Assembly: GCF_001194135.2 (NCBI RefSeq)
Contig: NC_068993.1
Coordinates: 64,107,144 to 64,171,143 of the forward strand
Source: Octopus bimaculoides
Taxonomy: Eukaryota
Reading direction: 5' to 3'
DNA: 64,000 nt
Position 1 is the stretch's first letter. Every line of letters starts with the position of its first letter. This document shows positions 13,031 through 27,739 of the stretch, in pieces. The notes under the pieces are model-generated. The model worked only from the letters and a program-made list of their open reading frames with translations, did no database searches and was not told where the DNA came from. Position numbers and translations under genes: made by a program.

Positions 13031-14458
13031 CAGTTGATTGTATGTGTATGTATGCCCTTGTATATGCTGCTGTAAATATGTCCAAATACGTCATGGTATT
13101 TAAAGGGAGGTAAAGCTTAGAATTTTCTGCATCAGTTGAACTGATAACCTACCAACTTTCTTGATAAACTGCCAACTATATTTTGTGACTATTGTGTTCA
13201 GGAAATTCCTTGAAGCTTTTCAAAGGTCGTACTTTAGTGACTGCAGCCTGTAAGAGGAGAGCCGATAACAATGAAGAACATAATTACAATCGCTTCATTC
13301 TTAATGGTGGCGTTCGTATTGGTGAAAGATTAAGAGACGAGCAATTTAGTGTGAATGGTCTTTTCAAGATATGTGTATTTGGAGTCTGTGACGTTTAATG
13401 TAAACAGCAAAAACCATAGAAATTGAGAAAACGGTAAGCAGCATCAGGCCTTGACTTGACACACTTCTTCACATCAAGTGTATCACTTGTTCAAACGCTC
13501 CATTTTATATCTTTTGTCATTTCTTTTCATTTTCTCTCTCTGTTTCTTTTCTCTCACTTCGATCCCCTCGGACTCATCTTCTCTTTTCTCTCTATTGACG
13601 TTATCAAACATACGTGGTACTATTATTTAAAGTACAATTTTCATACACGCTATAAATCACCAGAGACAAGCAATTAATTAATACTCGTCGTGAATAATTT
13701 AAGCATAAAAGGAGTTTCCGCGATTTCTGTTGTTGTTTATAATTTACGTTTTGTATTGCTCTTACACCTCACTAAGCTTTCAATGTGTATTTACAAAATC
13801 AATTTTATAGAATCTCAAAAAAAAAAAAATAAATAAATAAAAGGTACAAAAGGTCAAGAATAAAACTAAAAATGAATATTGCGAGAACTGTTGATAGAAG
13901 AAGAAATAAAAGATTATAAAATGACAAAAGAATTTTAAAAAAAAGTTAAAAAAAGAATAACTAAACTTTATACCAATAAAATAAAACAAGGAAAAAAGCG
14001 AAATAATAAAACAAGTACGTCAATAAAATAAACAAGCCGTTGACTGTCTGAAATATCTAATTTAATCTAAACGTATTCAATAAGAGAATTGTCCAAGACT
14101 TCCAATATAAGACAATGAAAATCCCGGTATGACAATATAAGCGAAATAATTGTGAGTTTCAAATTGAATTTCATGAATGAAGAACATCCGTTTGAGAAAT
14201 GGCGCTCAAATTAGAATTACTGACAAATGAATAAAATTTCTCGAACGATTGAACCCAACAAAAACACCACAAAACAAAGTAAATCGACAGATATCAGTAG
14301 TGGACGAGAAAATACCTATTCTGTTATTCATAGGGGGAAAAAAACGATTAAATTCAAAGTATAAAATACACACATATATAAATAAATAAATATATAAGTA
14401 CACACATACATAGACGCCACCAGACCGATATTGAGATAAATAATAAATACACGGAACT

Positions 14459-14491
<33 letters not shown>

Positions 14492-15023
14492 ATGTANNNN
14501 NNNNNNNNNNNNNNNNNNNNNNNNNNNNNNNNNNNNNNNNNNNNNNNNNNNNNNNNNNNNNNNNNNNNNNNNNNNNNNNNNNNNNNNNNNNNNNNNNNNN
14601 NNNNNNNNNNNNNNNNNNNNNNNNNNNNNNNNNNNNNNNNNNNNNNNNNNNNNNNNNNNNNNNNNNNNNNNNNNNNNNNNNNNNNNNNNNNNNNNNNNNN
14701 NNNNNNNNNNNNNNNNNNNNNNNNNNNNNNNNNNNNNNNNNNNNNNNNNNNNNNNNNNNNNNNNNNNNNNNNNNNNNNNNNNNNNNNNNNNNNNNNNNNN
14801 NNNNNNNNNNNNNNNNNNNNNNNNNNNNNNNNNNNNNNNNNNNNNNNNNNNNNNNNNNNNNNNNNNNNNNNNNNNNNNNNNNNNNNNNNNNNNNNNNNNN
14901 NNNNNNNNNNNNNNNNNNNNNNNNNNNNNNNNNNNNNNNNNNNNNNNNNNNNNNNNNNNNNNNNNNNNNNNNNNNNNNNNNNNNNNNNNNNNNNNNNNNN
15001 NNNNNNNNNNNNNNNNNNNNNNN

Positions 15024-15058
<35 letters not shown>

Positions 15059-17602
15059 CATGTATATACATTAATAGAGAGATGGATAGAAAGACTGGTC
15101 TCTGTCTGTTCATGAATCTACCAACGTCAATACTGAGATTAGTAGAAATGAAAATGCATTCCTGGATTATTTACTGATGACAGTGTGATATAGAAAGCAA
15201 GATAAAGCTCCCATATTTATCGACCCTGTGAGATAAACTGCACGAACCGACGATGTAGGATTTCGTTTGACTGTAGGTAAACGAGAAGCAGTGAGAGGTT
15301 TTGGAAAGTTTACTTAAAATGTAAAATATATGACTTTAAATATGTTAGTTATTATCAACTGTTTGTTGATATAACTGACGTATCTCTTGATCATAAAGGT
15401 GCATTAGTGATCACCTTGAATCGAAGGAGCAGCCGATTCTTTCCGAAAATTCCACACTGCTGTCTTTGAAATGAAGGCAACTTGGATAATTCCGCTTTAA
15501 ATACGCATTGTCAACAGAAAATTCCGAGAGTGTGGCTGCAAACACCTTGGAACCTTTTTATTGTATAGATGCTGCTTAACTCCAAGCATATTTTTAACTA
15601 CATAATTTTTATGACTGTCCAGGAATGATTCATTGGAATGGAAATCATTACAAGAGAAAGTTGGCTTTCTTCGTTTATACTGATTAAAACATATTATCGG
15701 ATTCCATTGCATGGTGGTAATGAAATTAAAGCCGAACGGTGATTGTAATTTTCATACTGTGAAATACAGATATAGAAATCAATCACAAATTTGCACCTTT
15801 TTATGACTCGGGCTTCTCAATGAGCTCCAAGTTGTTATTTATTCATAAGATTAAATATTAATTGTAAAGAAATAATGTTTTGTAATATATCTCGCTCCAT
15901 GCGTGAAATAAAATGTCGAAACCTATTTTCGGATAGAGCTTGCAAAAACCCTCGACTCTCTGCCATAAAGAGTTAAGAGTCGTAATACTTTCATCGGTGA
16001 TTAACAACACTTTCCCAAACTCCTAACGAACAACTTTTCCTCGGAGCATCACTAAGCTCACATTCATTTATCAATCAGGGGGTGAGTTAAACATGGAAAA
16101 CAATTGTGTGGAATGTTGTTGTTGCGATTCCTAAGAACAGCATTGCTTTAAATTATCTTTAGAGGAGAACATTTTATCCGAGGGAGATGATGGGTATATT
16201 CTATGGTGATTAAGTCGATAGTAGAGTTGCTAGAGTCGAATAATGTAATCTTAGATGTCGCTTCGTGGTACGTTCATACCCGTTACAGAATCATGCCGTT
16301 CATTAGCGATTGATGAACAATGAGAAAAAGTGATATGACTCGTTCTATCTTCTCCATTGTCAAATGAAGTTATATCCATCATATTCTGTTAAAATGTCTT
16401 ATTGACGAGTTTCATTTCTTCATTTCCCCGAAGAGAAGATTACATTGTTTTACACCATTTTATTCCTTTGCAGTAATACCAGTGATATCTTCGAAACATG
16501 TGTCGGAAGTAAAAAATTTGAATAGCACCTGCGTTTAACTCCATTTATATATATATATATNNNNNNNNNNTATATATAGGCTCACACTTATACACAAAAT
16601 AACTCTGACCTTTCAGTCACCCTAACTTTACTCACAGGGTTTTGGTAAAAGAGCTGTTTGCTGAGATCGAAACGTGCTGCTTATTAGCTACAGTCATGCC
16701 CGTCATAAATTATACACAGAGTAAAATTGGAACGTTGTGATTTTAATAACTTTCACACAGAATTTAGCATCAAATTAGAGCCGAAACTTCCTCCCTATTT
16801 CTGTTAGTTTTACATATAGTTTCATTCTGTACTCTTAGATATTAATGTATAGTTGACATACGATATTGTACTAATTATCACTGTCTCAGCAAGTCTATGA
16901 GATTTCTTTCATATCTCTTTCCAGAATAACTAGCGATTTAGCTACATTTTCATTTGCTTCTTATTACCACAGTTTTCAGATAACAAGAGTTTATTTTCAA
17001 TGTGTAATTCCAACACGATATTGGAATCATAAAGAATAGTCAGTTGTAAATAATACTAAATGTCTAGGTAATTAGTGAGTGCTCGTCACACGTATACTCA
17101 AAATCTTACACGCACATACAACACGTTTTAAGTCTGTCTCGTCCGTCTGTACTTCTCTTCATTTTCTGTTTCTTCGCATTTATTTGTTTCCCTGTACGTT
17201 TGTCACTTTTTTCTTTCTATATATCGATGTATGTGCCAGAGAGCCAACTTAACTTTCATTAATTTATCCTCGCATCTATCTCAATTGTAAATCATATTGC
17301 TTTGAATATATTTGATTGAATAGGAATTTCCTAATCTTCAATTATTTTTGTTTCTTTTACGTAGATACAAATTCTTCTATTTTTTTACATTCCCGCTCCA
17401 CGAAAGTAATGTTTTGCGTTTTAATTTGAAAGAAAACAAAGTCTCTATACTTAAAGAAACCTAAATTCAGAGGAAGAGAAAGGTGGGTGGAGGAGGAACT
17501 GAGAGAAAATCTTTGGTAGTGATGTATCAACTGATATCACTGGAAAGGTCCTAATTCGGCACCACTGCAATAATGGCCGTCCATTATTATTTCAATAAGG
17601 AC

Positions 17603-17818
17603 AATAAATAATCCTTTTTATTAATGGCACAATGCCTGACATTTGGGGACAGTGAATTACGTCAACTCCAGTACTCAACTAGTACTTAATTTATCGACTC
17701 TGAATGGATGAAAAGTAAAGTAGACCTCGGAGGTATTTGAACTCAGAACGTAGCGACGGATGAACTACCGCTAAACACTCCGCCCGACGTGCTAACGACT
17801 ATGCCAGCTCGCCGCCTT
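17603..17818 (-). mobile_element. Near full-length tRNA-derived SINE
   Basis: Minus strand begins GGCGGCGAGCTGGCATAGTCGTTAG (A-box-like), contains GAGTTCAAAT (B-box-like), body CATCCATTCAGAGTCGATAAATTAAGTACTAG, and ends in an AT-rich tail. Matches an abundant octopus SINE as I recall it; decayed relatives lie near 5540-5640, 19820-19905, 20170-20250 and 28850-28985. Confidence 0.85.
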
Positions 17819-18067
17819 AAAGGGTAACAAACAATGTCTTGGTACAGAGGATTATTACAAAACGGCGGAGATTTTGCTAGAAAATGAATTAAGGCAAATT
17901 GTTAGTATACATAGTATACAGATAAATGCTACAGTTCCAAGAGCAAGTCTTTCACCTAGAGCCACTGTATGTTTTGAACTATTTTTCTTACGCGACTCTC
18001 TCTATCTTTATATCTATCTCCACCTCTCATTCTTCCCTCTACTGTTCTTCGCCTCTCCCTGTCACTA

Positions 18068-18106
<39 letters not shown>

Positions 18107-21100
18107 GTTGCTCGTCCTTCGCTTCTCACCGTTCACTACTACTATCTCTCTCCCTCTCTACCTCTCGTTGCTCACTCACTCATATTCTACTTCATCCCCC
18201 TCTTCTCCCTCTGCTACTCTTTCTCCCTACTCCTCGCTGGTCACGTGTGTCCGGTTGTTATTTCTTTTCGGTCTTGGACTCCCCAAGCTTTGCACGCACT
18301 TCTTCGCCTCTCCAGTTCGTGCTTTACAGTGTTCAACACACACACACTTCTCCACGTCTGACTGTACAGCCTTTTTGTTTGTTTATTTCACCGTTTCGTT
18401 TTCCTGTCTCGTTTTCCATGCGCCATTATCTTCCACGAAAAAAAAATTTAATTTGTGTTCGTGGGAAGAGCCATTTTAACGATGCGTCCTGCCCTAACTC
18501 TTTGAAACGCCGGTGTTTTAATGTTGGCAGCTGATGAAGGATATGTTTTCTATGTGGCCTGCTTGTTTGTTGTACCTTGTTTATCATTTTTTTCGTGTTC
18601 TTTGCAACGTCATGTACCCAGTTATGTATCTATATGTACATGTGGATGAAGGTATGTACATACATGTACACATATATGCATATACTCATATATTGTTTGT
18701 ATCACACGATCGAACGCACGCGTTATCTTTACACAGTAAGTTTTGAACTATATATATATATATATATATAGAAAAAAATTAAGGTACTCAGAAATCTGGA
18801 TGTTTGTACATTTACAGATTTTTATTAATGTCACATATTAAATAAAGCGCTTTTCACCTAATCGTGTAGGATTTTCAAATTGTTTTGAGAAGACCTTGCG
18901 GAGGGTCTCTTTATATAATTTTATTCAGTGTGTAGGGGTGGAGAGAGAGATATATAGGATAGTAAGAGAGGGTGAGGAAAAGTGAGAGAGAGAGAGTGTG
19001 TGTGTGAGAGAGTGTGTGTTTTTTTTTGTGCTGGTGTGTGTATATATAACGTAGATAAGTATATATAGATCAATACTCAAAAACAGATAAATGAGTAAAT
19101 AAAAGAAAATAAGCTGAAAGAAAAGGAAAGTGGGGGATAGTGTTAAAGGAGGTGTACTTGTGTAAGAAGCATAGGTGTGACCCCATTCGGACTTGCGGTT
19201 GATGTTGGGTTTGTGCATACATATAAAGAAAAAAATCAAAGACTTGTCTTGGTCCAGAGATTGAGCTATGGTGGCCATCCATCATGCACATCAGTCTTTT
19301 ACCTGTTCCTTCGAATCATTTATTCATTCCTCTATATAATTTGATTCTTTGATTTTGTGCATTGCCATACATCTGCATTTGGGACATGAGATGTTAGGCG
19401 GTTAATTACAAACGAAATTAAGGATAACTGCCCGTCTGTGACCACGCAAACTGAACGACTGCAACATACTTCTGTAACCTACGTTTCTAATATATCATTC
19501 AATGCAACATCGCTGTTATATTTTTCCAGCAGAGCACAAGGATGAAAACAATGTGCTGTAACAATGGATTAAATGTTCTTATACAGTATTTAGCTTGCTT
19601 CCTTTAAGTTTCACGTTTAAATCATTTCGTTGTCAATATTAGATCTCTTCTACATTCTGCCGAGTAATGAATACTATTTGTTGATAGTGTTTAACCCGAG
19701 CTCATTATTCAAATAATGTATATATATGACCACATTATCCAATATATCTTTTTATTTTTTGGCAACTTTGAAATGTTATTAGAAGTAGATTAAACAGCTA
19801 TTTTCTAGAAGATCGATTGGCAGTTTAGAGGTTTCTCTTCTTGGCTTCGGTAAATACCTGTCAATTATTATGATCGATTTAATCTATTATACCTCTCCCC
19901 GAAATATGACGCAATGTTAGAATCAATATATTACTTGTAACAAAAGAATGCTTTGAACAACAGAGACGATATGCCTTGCCGTATTAAACTACCTCCATAT
20001 TTAGGTTCTGATTTCGAATCAATCCCCGTAGTTTCGTATTTATTATATACCTTCCACAGGTCGGCACAATAACTATCAGTGAAGAGCTGAATCGTTCTAC
20101 TCGAATATGCCCTCCCCAAGTTATGTGACACTGTGCCTCTTGAGAAAAATGGGTAAGAATAGTCAACACTGGGGAAGAATTCATATCTTCCTGGATTAAT
20201 GGATAAATGCCACTTAAGCACTGGCGTCGACTTGATCCATTATACCTCTTCATTTTGTTCCTAAGTTTAGAATCAATATATTACATGTTCACTGAGTCTG
20301 GGGTTGAAAGAATCGTCGGTATACCGGTGTAATGTTTTACAGTATTTATATTCATGCCACACCATTCAGATTTCGTTATCCTACATGGTGTACCCTTGTA
20401 TTTTATGGACTATTCATTTTTCGCATACAAATTTGGCCTTAGGTTTACACAAAGATAATCCAGTATATTGCTCGGAAATATTTAGGACATCCATATTAAA
20501 TATAATGTTTCACTTTACTGATTAAACATAACTTAATTAAAGAGATTTTTAAAAATATTACAATGTACAGAGTGCTACCAGAGAAATGGAGAATTGTTGA
20601 GAAGTAAGAAAATCGTTTTGTACAAAAATGTTAAATCAAGTTTTTTTTCTTTTCATTTTTATTTTTATTTTTTCCAATAAAGATGAAGTTTTTTCAGTCT
20701 TGCGTCACGTGTAACTGTAATACAATTAGACACCATTGATCAGCAAATTCATTGAGTTTCAACATTTCAATGCAGTTTAATTTCCAAGAACAAAATTACG
20801 ATTTGATCAATGAAAAGTTTTAAATAACTCAAAAACTATGTAAAACCAGGATTAAACATGTCATTGTTGACTTTGACTTCTCTTGTTCTCGAGTTAAATG
20901 GTTTCACACAATAACGTTTGAAAATTCTACGTAGATGTTATTGCTATGAAAGCTATAAGCTATTGACAAACTGGAAGGTGTATATTAAGTGAAAATATAT
21001 ATATGAGGAGGTGAAGGTCTACATGAGTTAGCTATGAAGGCTGGAAAAACAGAATTCATTTTACTGAATGTCATATCAAAAATCTTGATTCATTAAAACT

Positions 21101-22094
21101 CTCTATTAGAACTGATGAATGTTTTAACCTTGATTTTAAAAATCGGTGGATTATCAGATTCGAATTAAGTGTGATAACAAAATATCACATTTGATTGGGC
21201 ACTCATTCTCGCCCTAATAGTTTTGCGTTTGTGCCTATATAAAAACAATTTGTCCCTCAAATTCCGACAAAAACATGTTTATTTTATTGAAATAATATCA
21301 AGATATATGTATGCATGACATTAAAAATAAGAACATTTATAGAAAAGTGAATTGTCTCCATTTAAGTAATTAATTTAATTAATACAATAGATTTTCTAGT
21401 AATCATACAAGTAAATCATTAACACATTTTAAAATATGCATATCATACTACGGTTATTGGGACCCAAGAATAAACGGGTATCTTTTGTTGTTATAAACTT
21501 CTTCGCTGAAAATATCGATTTCTTTTTTGTTCAATAGTCGTTGAAGTAGTAAAATACATTTAAATATAATGATTTTATTCAAAAGCACGGTGACAATATT
21601 TGAAGAAGTAAAGTAATTCAAATCGAACTCTGTGAATGTCTAGTGCTTCTTTTATTAAGTTACAACAAATAAAAGGTAAAATAGTTATGATTGTAACATA
21701 TGATGTAAGTCTATCTGAGAATGCATAAGTATGAACCTAACAACTATTCCCTTTCGATCAATCTATTAATATATATATATATANNNNNNNNNNNNNNNNN
21801 NNNNNNNNNNNNNNNNNNNNNNNNNNNNNNNNNNNNNNNNNNNNNNNNNNNNNNNNNNNNNNNNNNNNNNNNNNNNNNNNNNNNNNNNNNNNNNNNNNNN
21901 NNNNNNNNNNNNNNNNNNNNNNNNNNNNNNNNNNNNNNNNNNNNNNNNNNNNNNNNNNNNNNNNNNNNNNNNNNNNNNNNNNNNNNNNNNNNNNNNNNNN
22001 NNNNNNNNNNNNNNNNNNNNNNNNNNNNNNNNNNNNNNNNNNNNNNNNNNNATATATATATATATATAAATATAGCACTTACTCTGTCCGTCAT

Positions 22095-23310
22095 AAAGCT
22101 TATGTCGAATGTGACATTTGAGTCGTCCCAACGATTTGAAAAGGAGGCTGTAGATGTTGCAAGTATAAAGAATACGGTCAGTGCAGGTGGAATATTTGTA
22201 ACCGATTTTCTCCTTTGCTCTGCACGGCTTGTCTGTTAAGACTGGTTGAAACAAAGTCTTTTGTACCATTTCGACACAACAATCTCCAATTTGTTTGTGC
22301 CGAGCTTGTTTGCTCAAAAGTATTGTGAACTATATTGACTGATGAGACGTTGGTCCTCAGCTTGTCCTTATATTCAAGCCATGGTTGACCAACATTCTTG
22401 AGGCCACTATCAAGCTGGCTATACATGGGTATTCCTTCGCCACCCATTCTGTCGACATGACCAGCGCAGCGCAGTTGCGACTTCGTAAAACAGCTTTTGA
22501 TTCTACCAGTCTTACCCCTGCTGTGCAGGTCAACATTAGAATTCTGTCTATCGGTGTATAACCGGAGAATGTCCTGAAGCAGCCTTTGTAGAAGACGTCG
22601 AGTTGGTTAATGTGCCACCTATAGGATGTCCATGGTTCTGAGTCATACAAGAGAGTCGTAAGAATGGCAGGAACTGTGCTTTCGTTTCAAGTTTAATGCC
22701 CCTTCTATTCTTTAGGTGATGATAGAGTTTGCCAAATACATTAGTTGCTTTCGCAAGACTGTTGATGATTTCATTATCAAAGGAAGCGTTCGAGTTCCCT
22801 TGAGCACAAAATGGCTTCACATACTTTAGGATTTTCCCGTCAACGTGTGTAGGAATGTGAAGGAAACTGTGAACCGGCGGCTTCTGCATAACTCCTTGAA
22901 TTTGCTTGCCAGTAGGGCAAGGTTGGTGGATTACTTTCGTCTTCTTTATGCTGATGGTTAAGTCGATGCCTTTAGATGCTTCAGAAAATCCTTCTAGAAG
23001 TCCTTGAGCTTCCTCTAAGGAAGTCACTTCTAATGCAGCATCGTCTGCAAAAAGGTTATCACGAACGATACTGGCGCGTAGCCGTGTTTTGACTTTGAAA
23101 CGCTGATGATTGTATAGTCTCTCACTTGTTGAAATTGGAACTAAGCACCACTTTCTTTGTCACCGAAATATACTTCAGCATCACTGAAGAGAAGAGTTCA
23201 AGCAAAACAGGAGCCATGACACAACCTTGCTTTGAGCCGTTTGTAACATTGAAAGAAGCTAGAATAAATTTAGTGATTCCAGAAAAGAAGCCATAAAGTG
23301 AAGCCAAGCA
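22095..23310 (-). mobile_element. RTE/BovB-type non-LTR retrotransposon, 5'-truncated ORF2 remnant (RT C-half plus C-terminus), frameshifted
   Basis: Minus-strand translation gives FNVTNGSKQGCVMAPVLLELF, then SIVRDNLFADDAALEVTSLEEAQGLLEGFSEASKGIDLTISIKKTKVIHQP (RT FADD motif), YDSEPWTSYRWHINQLDVF, and a C-terminal YTCNIYSLLFKSLGRLKCHIRH degenerate zinc-finger-like motif. This order is typical of RTE-clade ORF2. Several frame changes and stops. Confidence 0.9.
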
Positions 23311-24199
23311 GTTTTCAGATATACAATGCCAGTAAAACTAAATGTTATCTAGTATTGATGGTTATTGAATTTTCAAACTAATCTCTTACTTTAAAACGGT
23401 GGAGAATTAGTGGTTGTGAAGATCATGCATTTATCAAAGACACTAGTTATGTCAGTGTAGTGAAATAATTCATTCATAGAATTGAAAATATGTGTTAGAG
23501 AAAAGTTTAATTTATTTTTCTCTCTTCATATACTTTTCCATTCTATTCCGTCCTGAAAATGCATTTATGAAACACAAAATCTAGTGAAGTTGTTGAAGTT
23601 GATTATCCCGAAGATACCAACATTTTGCAGATCTATATTGAAAAGCTTTGCAACCTTGACGATCTCCTTAGTGATAGGTAAAATGATGCCATTTAATGTC
23701 TCATTTTGTTTCTTAAGATGATGAGGTGTAGTGAAGGTGTAACTTTTATTTGAACAGGTCATTTCATCACGTTAAATCACCTGATCGGGAGGGACCAACA
23801 GTTTGTAGTTTTATGAGCAGCATCAGGGGTTTGATACTTTATATTTTGGAGCTAACGTGAAGATGTTTTTATACCTACTGTTTTGACTCATATACCGGAT
23901 GACTTTAAGATGCTGGGAAGTCAATACCTGACGAAGGCTAATAAACTAGAAACGGCTTTGTCCAGATTACCTTGCTTCTACTGTCCACGGAGATATTGTG
24001 TAGTAAATATGACAGACCATCGCCTCGACATATATCTAGTAAATTTATTAATAAATCAAATTCATTTCCAAACACCGTAATCAGTAAAGTGATAAACCTG
24101 AAACTGAACTTTAATTTGAGGAATGAAAATATGCTAATTCATATTAGGTAAGCAAATATAGAAACACATACGCGCGCACACGCATATACNNNNNNNNNN

Positions 24200-24252
<53 letters not shown>

Positions 24253-24276
24253 ATAATACCTATAAACATATATAAA

Positions 24277-24309
<33 letters not shown>

Positions 24310-24666
24310 ATGTAGCGTAAAAGCATAAATTTCACGTAATGTACATTAATTGTGCTTGACTTATACTTTATTAACACAAACACCGAACGTAAGATCACAG
24401 AACTGGGATGCATAATTAATTCTAATTAAATTAAACATATTTAATTCAAATTAATTTAAAAACAGTGTTTACTCAAACAATCAGGTAAGCTATGGTAATG
24501 AAACAAACGTTACTGTTTTAAAGACATCGAGACCGAGGAAAATACTAAGAAGAAGAACAAGAAGAAGAACAAGAAGAAGAAGAAGAAGTGCAAAAATAAA
24601 TACACAGGTAATGGAATGCAAAACAACTTATATATACATATATAAATACATGTATATATATATGTG

Positions 24667-24698
<32 letters not shown>

Positions 24699-24744
24699 CA
24701 TATATAAATGCATGCATATATACATATATAAATACATGTATGTA

Positions 24745-24790
<46 letters not shown>

Positions 24791-25116
24791 NNNNNNNNNN
24801 NNNNNNNNNNNNNNNNNNNNNNNNNNNNNNNNNNNNNNNNNNNNNNNNNNNNNNNNNNNNNNNNNNNNNNNNNNNNNNNNNNNNNNNNNNNNNNNNNNNN
24901 NNNNNNNNNNNNNNNNNNNNNNNNNNNNNNNNNNNNNNNNNNNNNNNNNNNNNNNNNNNNNNNNNNNNNNNNNNNNNNNNNNNNNNNNNNNNNNNNNNNN
25001 NNNNNNNNNNNNNNNNNNNNNNNNNNNNNNNNNNNNNNNNNNNNNNNNNNNNNNNNNNNNNNNNNNNNNNNNNNNNNNNNNNNNNNNNNNNNNNNNNNNN
25101 NNNNNNNNNNNNNNNN

Positions 25117-25179
<63 letters not shown>

Positions 25180-25544
25180 TATATATATAGCTTATCCCGT
25201 AGCTGCATAAAAAAAATTATTCGTTTTTACATACGTACACATGGGCACGTGTGTTTGTGTCTCTATATGAATATACGTATTCTGATGCATGTGTATATGT
25301 ATATACCTTTATATTTAGTACTGTCGTTCTCGATATCTCCATCGTATTTTGATAGTGAGATTGTTGCTTTCTTAATTCACTTCCACTAAGTCCTGTTATA
25401 TTCTTTAATGTTTTTTGCTGTTTATACATATTTCTATTTGCGTGTGGTGCTAGTCGAAATGTTTATTTCGATTGCAAGAAACAATCCGAGTGAGATATGT
25501 TGCCTAATGTGAATAAGCAGTAGGTAACTAAGAGCTACCTTCCG

Positions 25545-25955
25545 GAAACTGTCGTCAACTACGTTTCGTGGGATTAGGAAGGGATAATTCACAACGAATT
25601 TGTTCCGAATAGTCGAACCATCGATGCCAACTTGAACTCCAAAAAGCTGGAGCAGGTGCGCACCACAGCGCGGCAAAAATACCGGCATTGTTTAAAAGAA
25701 AGTCAGATCTTCTGCAGCAAGACAACGCAAGACCTCATACAGCTCGAACGACTTGAACTAAACTCCAGGATCTTGAGAGATTCGAATTGATGCTACACCC
25801 AGCATATAGCCCGAACCTAGATACCTCGGATTATTACTTGTTCTAATCTATTGCTCAGTTCCTGCGCTGGCTACTCTTTGCTAACCAAGAGGAGGTGGAA
25901 ACTTCAGTGAAGGAGTGAGTTCTTGACCTCGAAGGACAAGAAGTAGTATCAGGAT
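25545..25955 (+). mobile_element. Mariner (DD34D) transposase C-terminal pseudogene fragment
   Basis: WD*EGIIHNEFVPNSRTIDANL, then after a frameshift LQQDNARPHTART*TKLQDLERFELMLHPAYSPNLDTSDYYLF*S (decayed HDNARPH and HPPYSPDLAPSDY motifs). Confidence 0.9.
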
Positions 25956-26380
25956 GTACATGTGTGTGTAATATATATATATGTNNNNNNNNNNNNNNNN
26001 NNNNNNNNNNNNNNNNNNNNNNNNNNNNNNNNNNNNNNNNNNNNNNNNNNNNNNNNNNNNNNNNNNNNNNNNNNNNNNNNNNNNNNNNNNNNNNNNNNNN
26101 NNNNNNNNNNNNNNNNNNNNGTCTCTCAATACATTTAAACGAGTAACGGATACATTATAAACATAATATTCTTGATGGTTTGTGTAAGCACCGTTTTTAG
26201 ATTAATTTGACATATATTGAATGAATCATTTTAAATTATGCACCACAATTATGTAATTATACGTTCAGTGATATCTGTTGAACATAATTAACAATTGAAA
26301 TATATGTGAAATTTATGCTTTTCTCATTTTATGCAAAAGCTGTTGCTCTTAAAATGCATTTTAGCTGTTTATATGTGTGT

Positions 26381-26417
<37 letters not shown>

Positions 26418-27490
26418 TGTGTGTGTATGTCTGTGTGATGCATGGATTGACTGCAACGTTATGAACTGTCGAAGTTTACAACCTGTTGTTAATTGATCTC
26501 ATAATTACAGCAGATTCTTTGATATTTTTACATAAATTCTCTATTTAGATATATTTGCCTCTTTATGCTCAGCACTAGAATAGTAGACTACATCAAAACG
26601 GAGAAGTCATTTTTTGTATTTCACTAAAAAAAACAATGCGTAACAAAAATATGAATTTTACATAGTATAAAGTTTCTTTTTCACAAAAGTCACGACCAGG
26701 ATTGCACACATATTTTTACACACCTTAAAAGCAATTTTCACAGGGTCCTGTGTCTATGTATCGTTATATGTTTATATATGTTATATGTTTTTTATATATG
26801 TTTGCACATGTACATATATGTATGTATTTATATACATGGCGCATAAGATAATTAAGGAAATATATACATACACAGAAATATATATTTATAATTATATATA
26901 CAGAAAGTGAGAGAAGGAGAGAGAGAGCGAAAGTTTAGAGAGAGCGAAAGTTTAGAGAGAGTTATAAGTGAGGGATTATCAATCCGGGCCAAGTACTTTA
27001 TAATCTCTCTGTTGGAACATCAGGTTTAACAGATTTAACTCATTATATATAAAGCTTTGAATGTATATCGGAAACTTTTGAGCAGGCACTCTCCAAAGCT
27101 GCAGAGTACATATGGTTTATTTCTTGGATTTGCTACAAATTGTCTTATTTTACGTTCGTTAGGGGTCTGCTAGGTTTATACATTTTGAAGTTAATTCTAT
27201 ACAGGCATTAATCTTGCGAATTTTGTGTAATTCTATAGATTATTTGGTTTGAATTCAAAGGTGGTTTCGAAATTGCATAACTTAGAGTTTGAATCTTTGC
27301 GGAGTATATGAATGAACACGCTATCATTATTCTTAACGTATCATGGTCAGTGATTGTTTATCATTTACATAATAGGTGACGTCTTACAGTAGGGATAATG
27401 TACAGCTTTTGTCATATTCAATATCTATAATTACTGCAGCACTTCTTTAATTTTGATGTGATTGTAGTTTTTCAGTTGAAGGGTAACTTC

Positions 27491-27739
27491 TTAATCCTTT
27501 TGATTGTAGTTGGATTAGATTTTAGCGGTATGATATGGGATGTTCGATATGAAATCAGAAAATTTGTATAATTTTTGTTCCTACCTTTTATTTCGTACAA
27601 TTGATTAATTGATTTCTTTATCAAATAAATTCTTCTGTTAAACGTAATTTTCTATAGAAGTGAGTGATATGATTCTGTGTTCAATTGACGTTAGGGTACT
27701 GAGGTGTTGGAGTGACTTTAAACCCATTCAAAGGGTTAA
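27491..27739. mobile_element. Possible piggyBac-type MITE
   Basis: TTAA-TCCTTTTGATTG ... CCATTCAAAGGG-TTAA: imperfect short TIRs with TTAA at both ends. Confidence 0.35.

Noticed and set aside
17874-18534. Two 200-aa S/L-rich ORFs
   Set aside because: Produced by a (CT)n-rich, stop-poor tract.
26921-26961. 17-bp tandem duplication GAGAGAGCGAAAGTTTA
   Set aside because: Ordinary slippage within a GA-rich tract.
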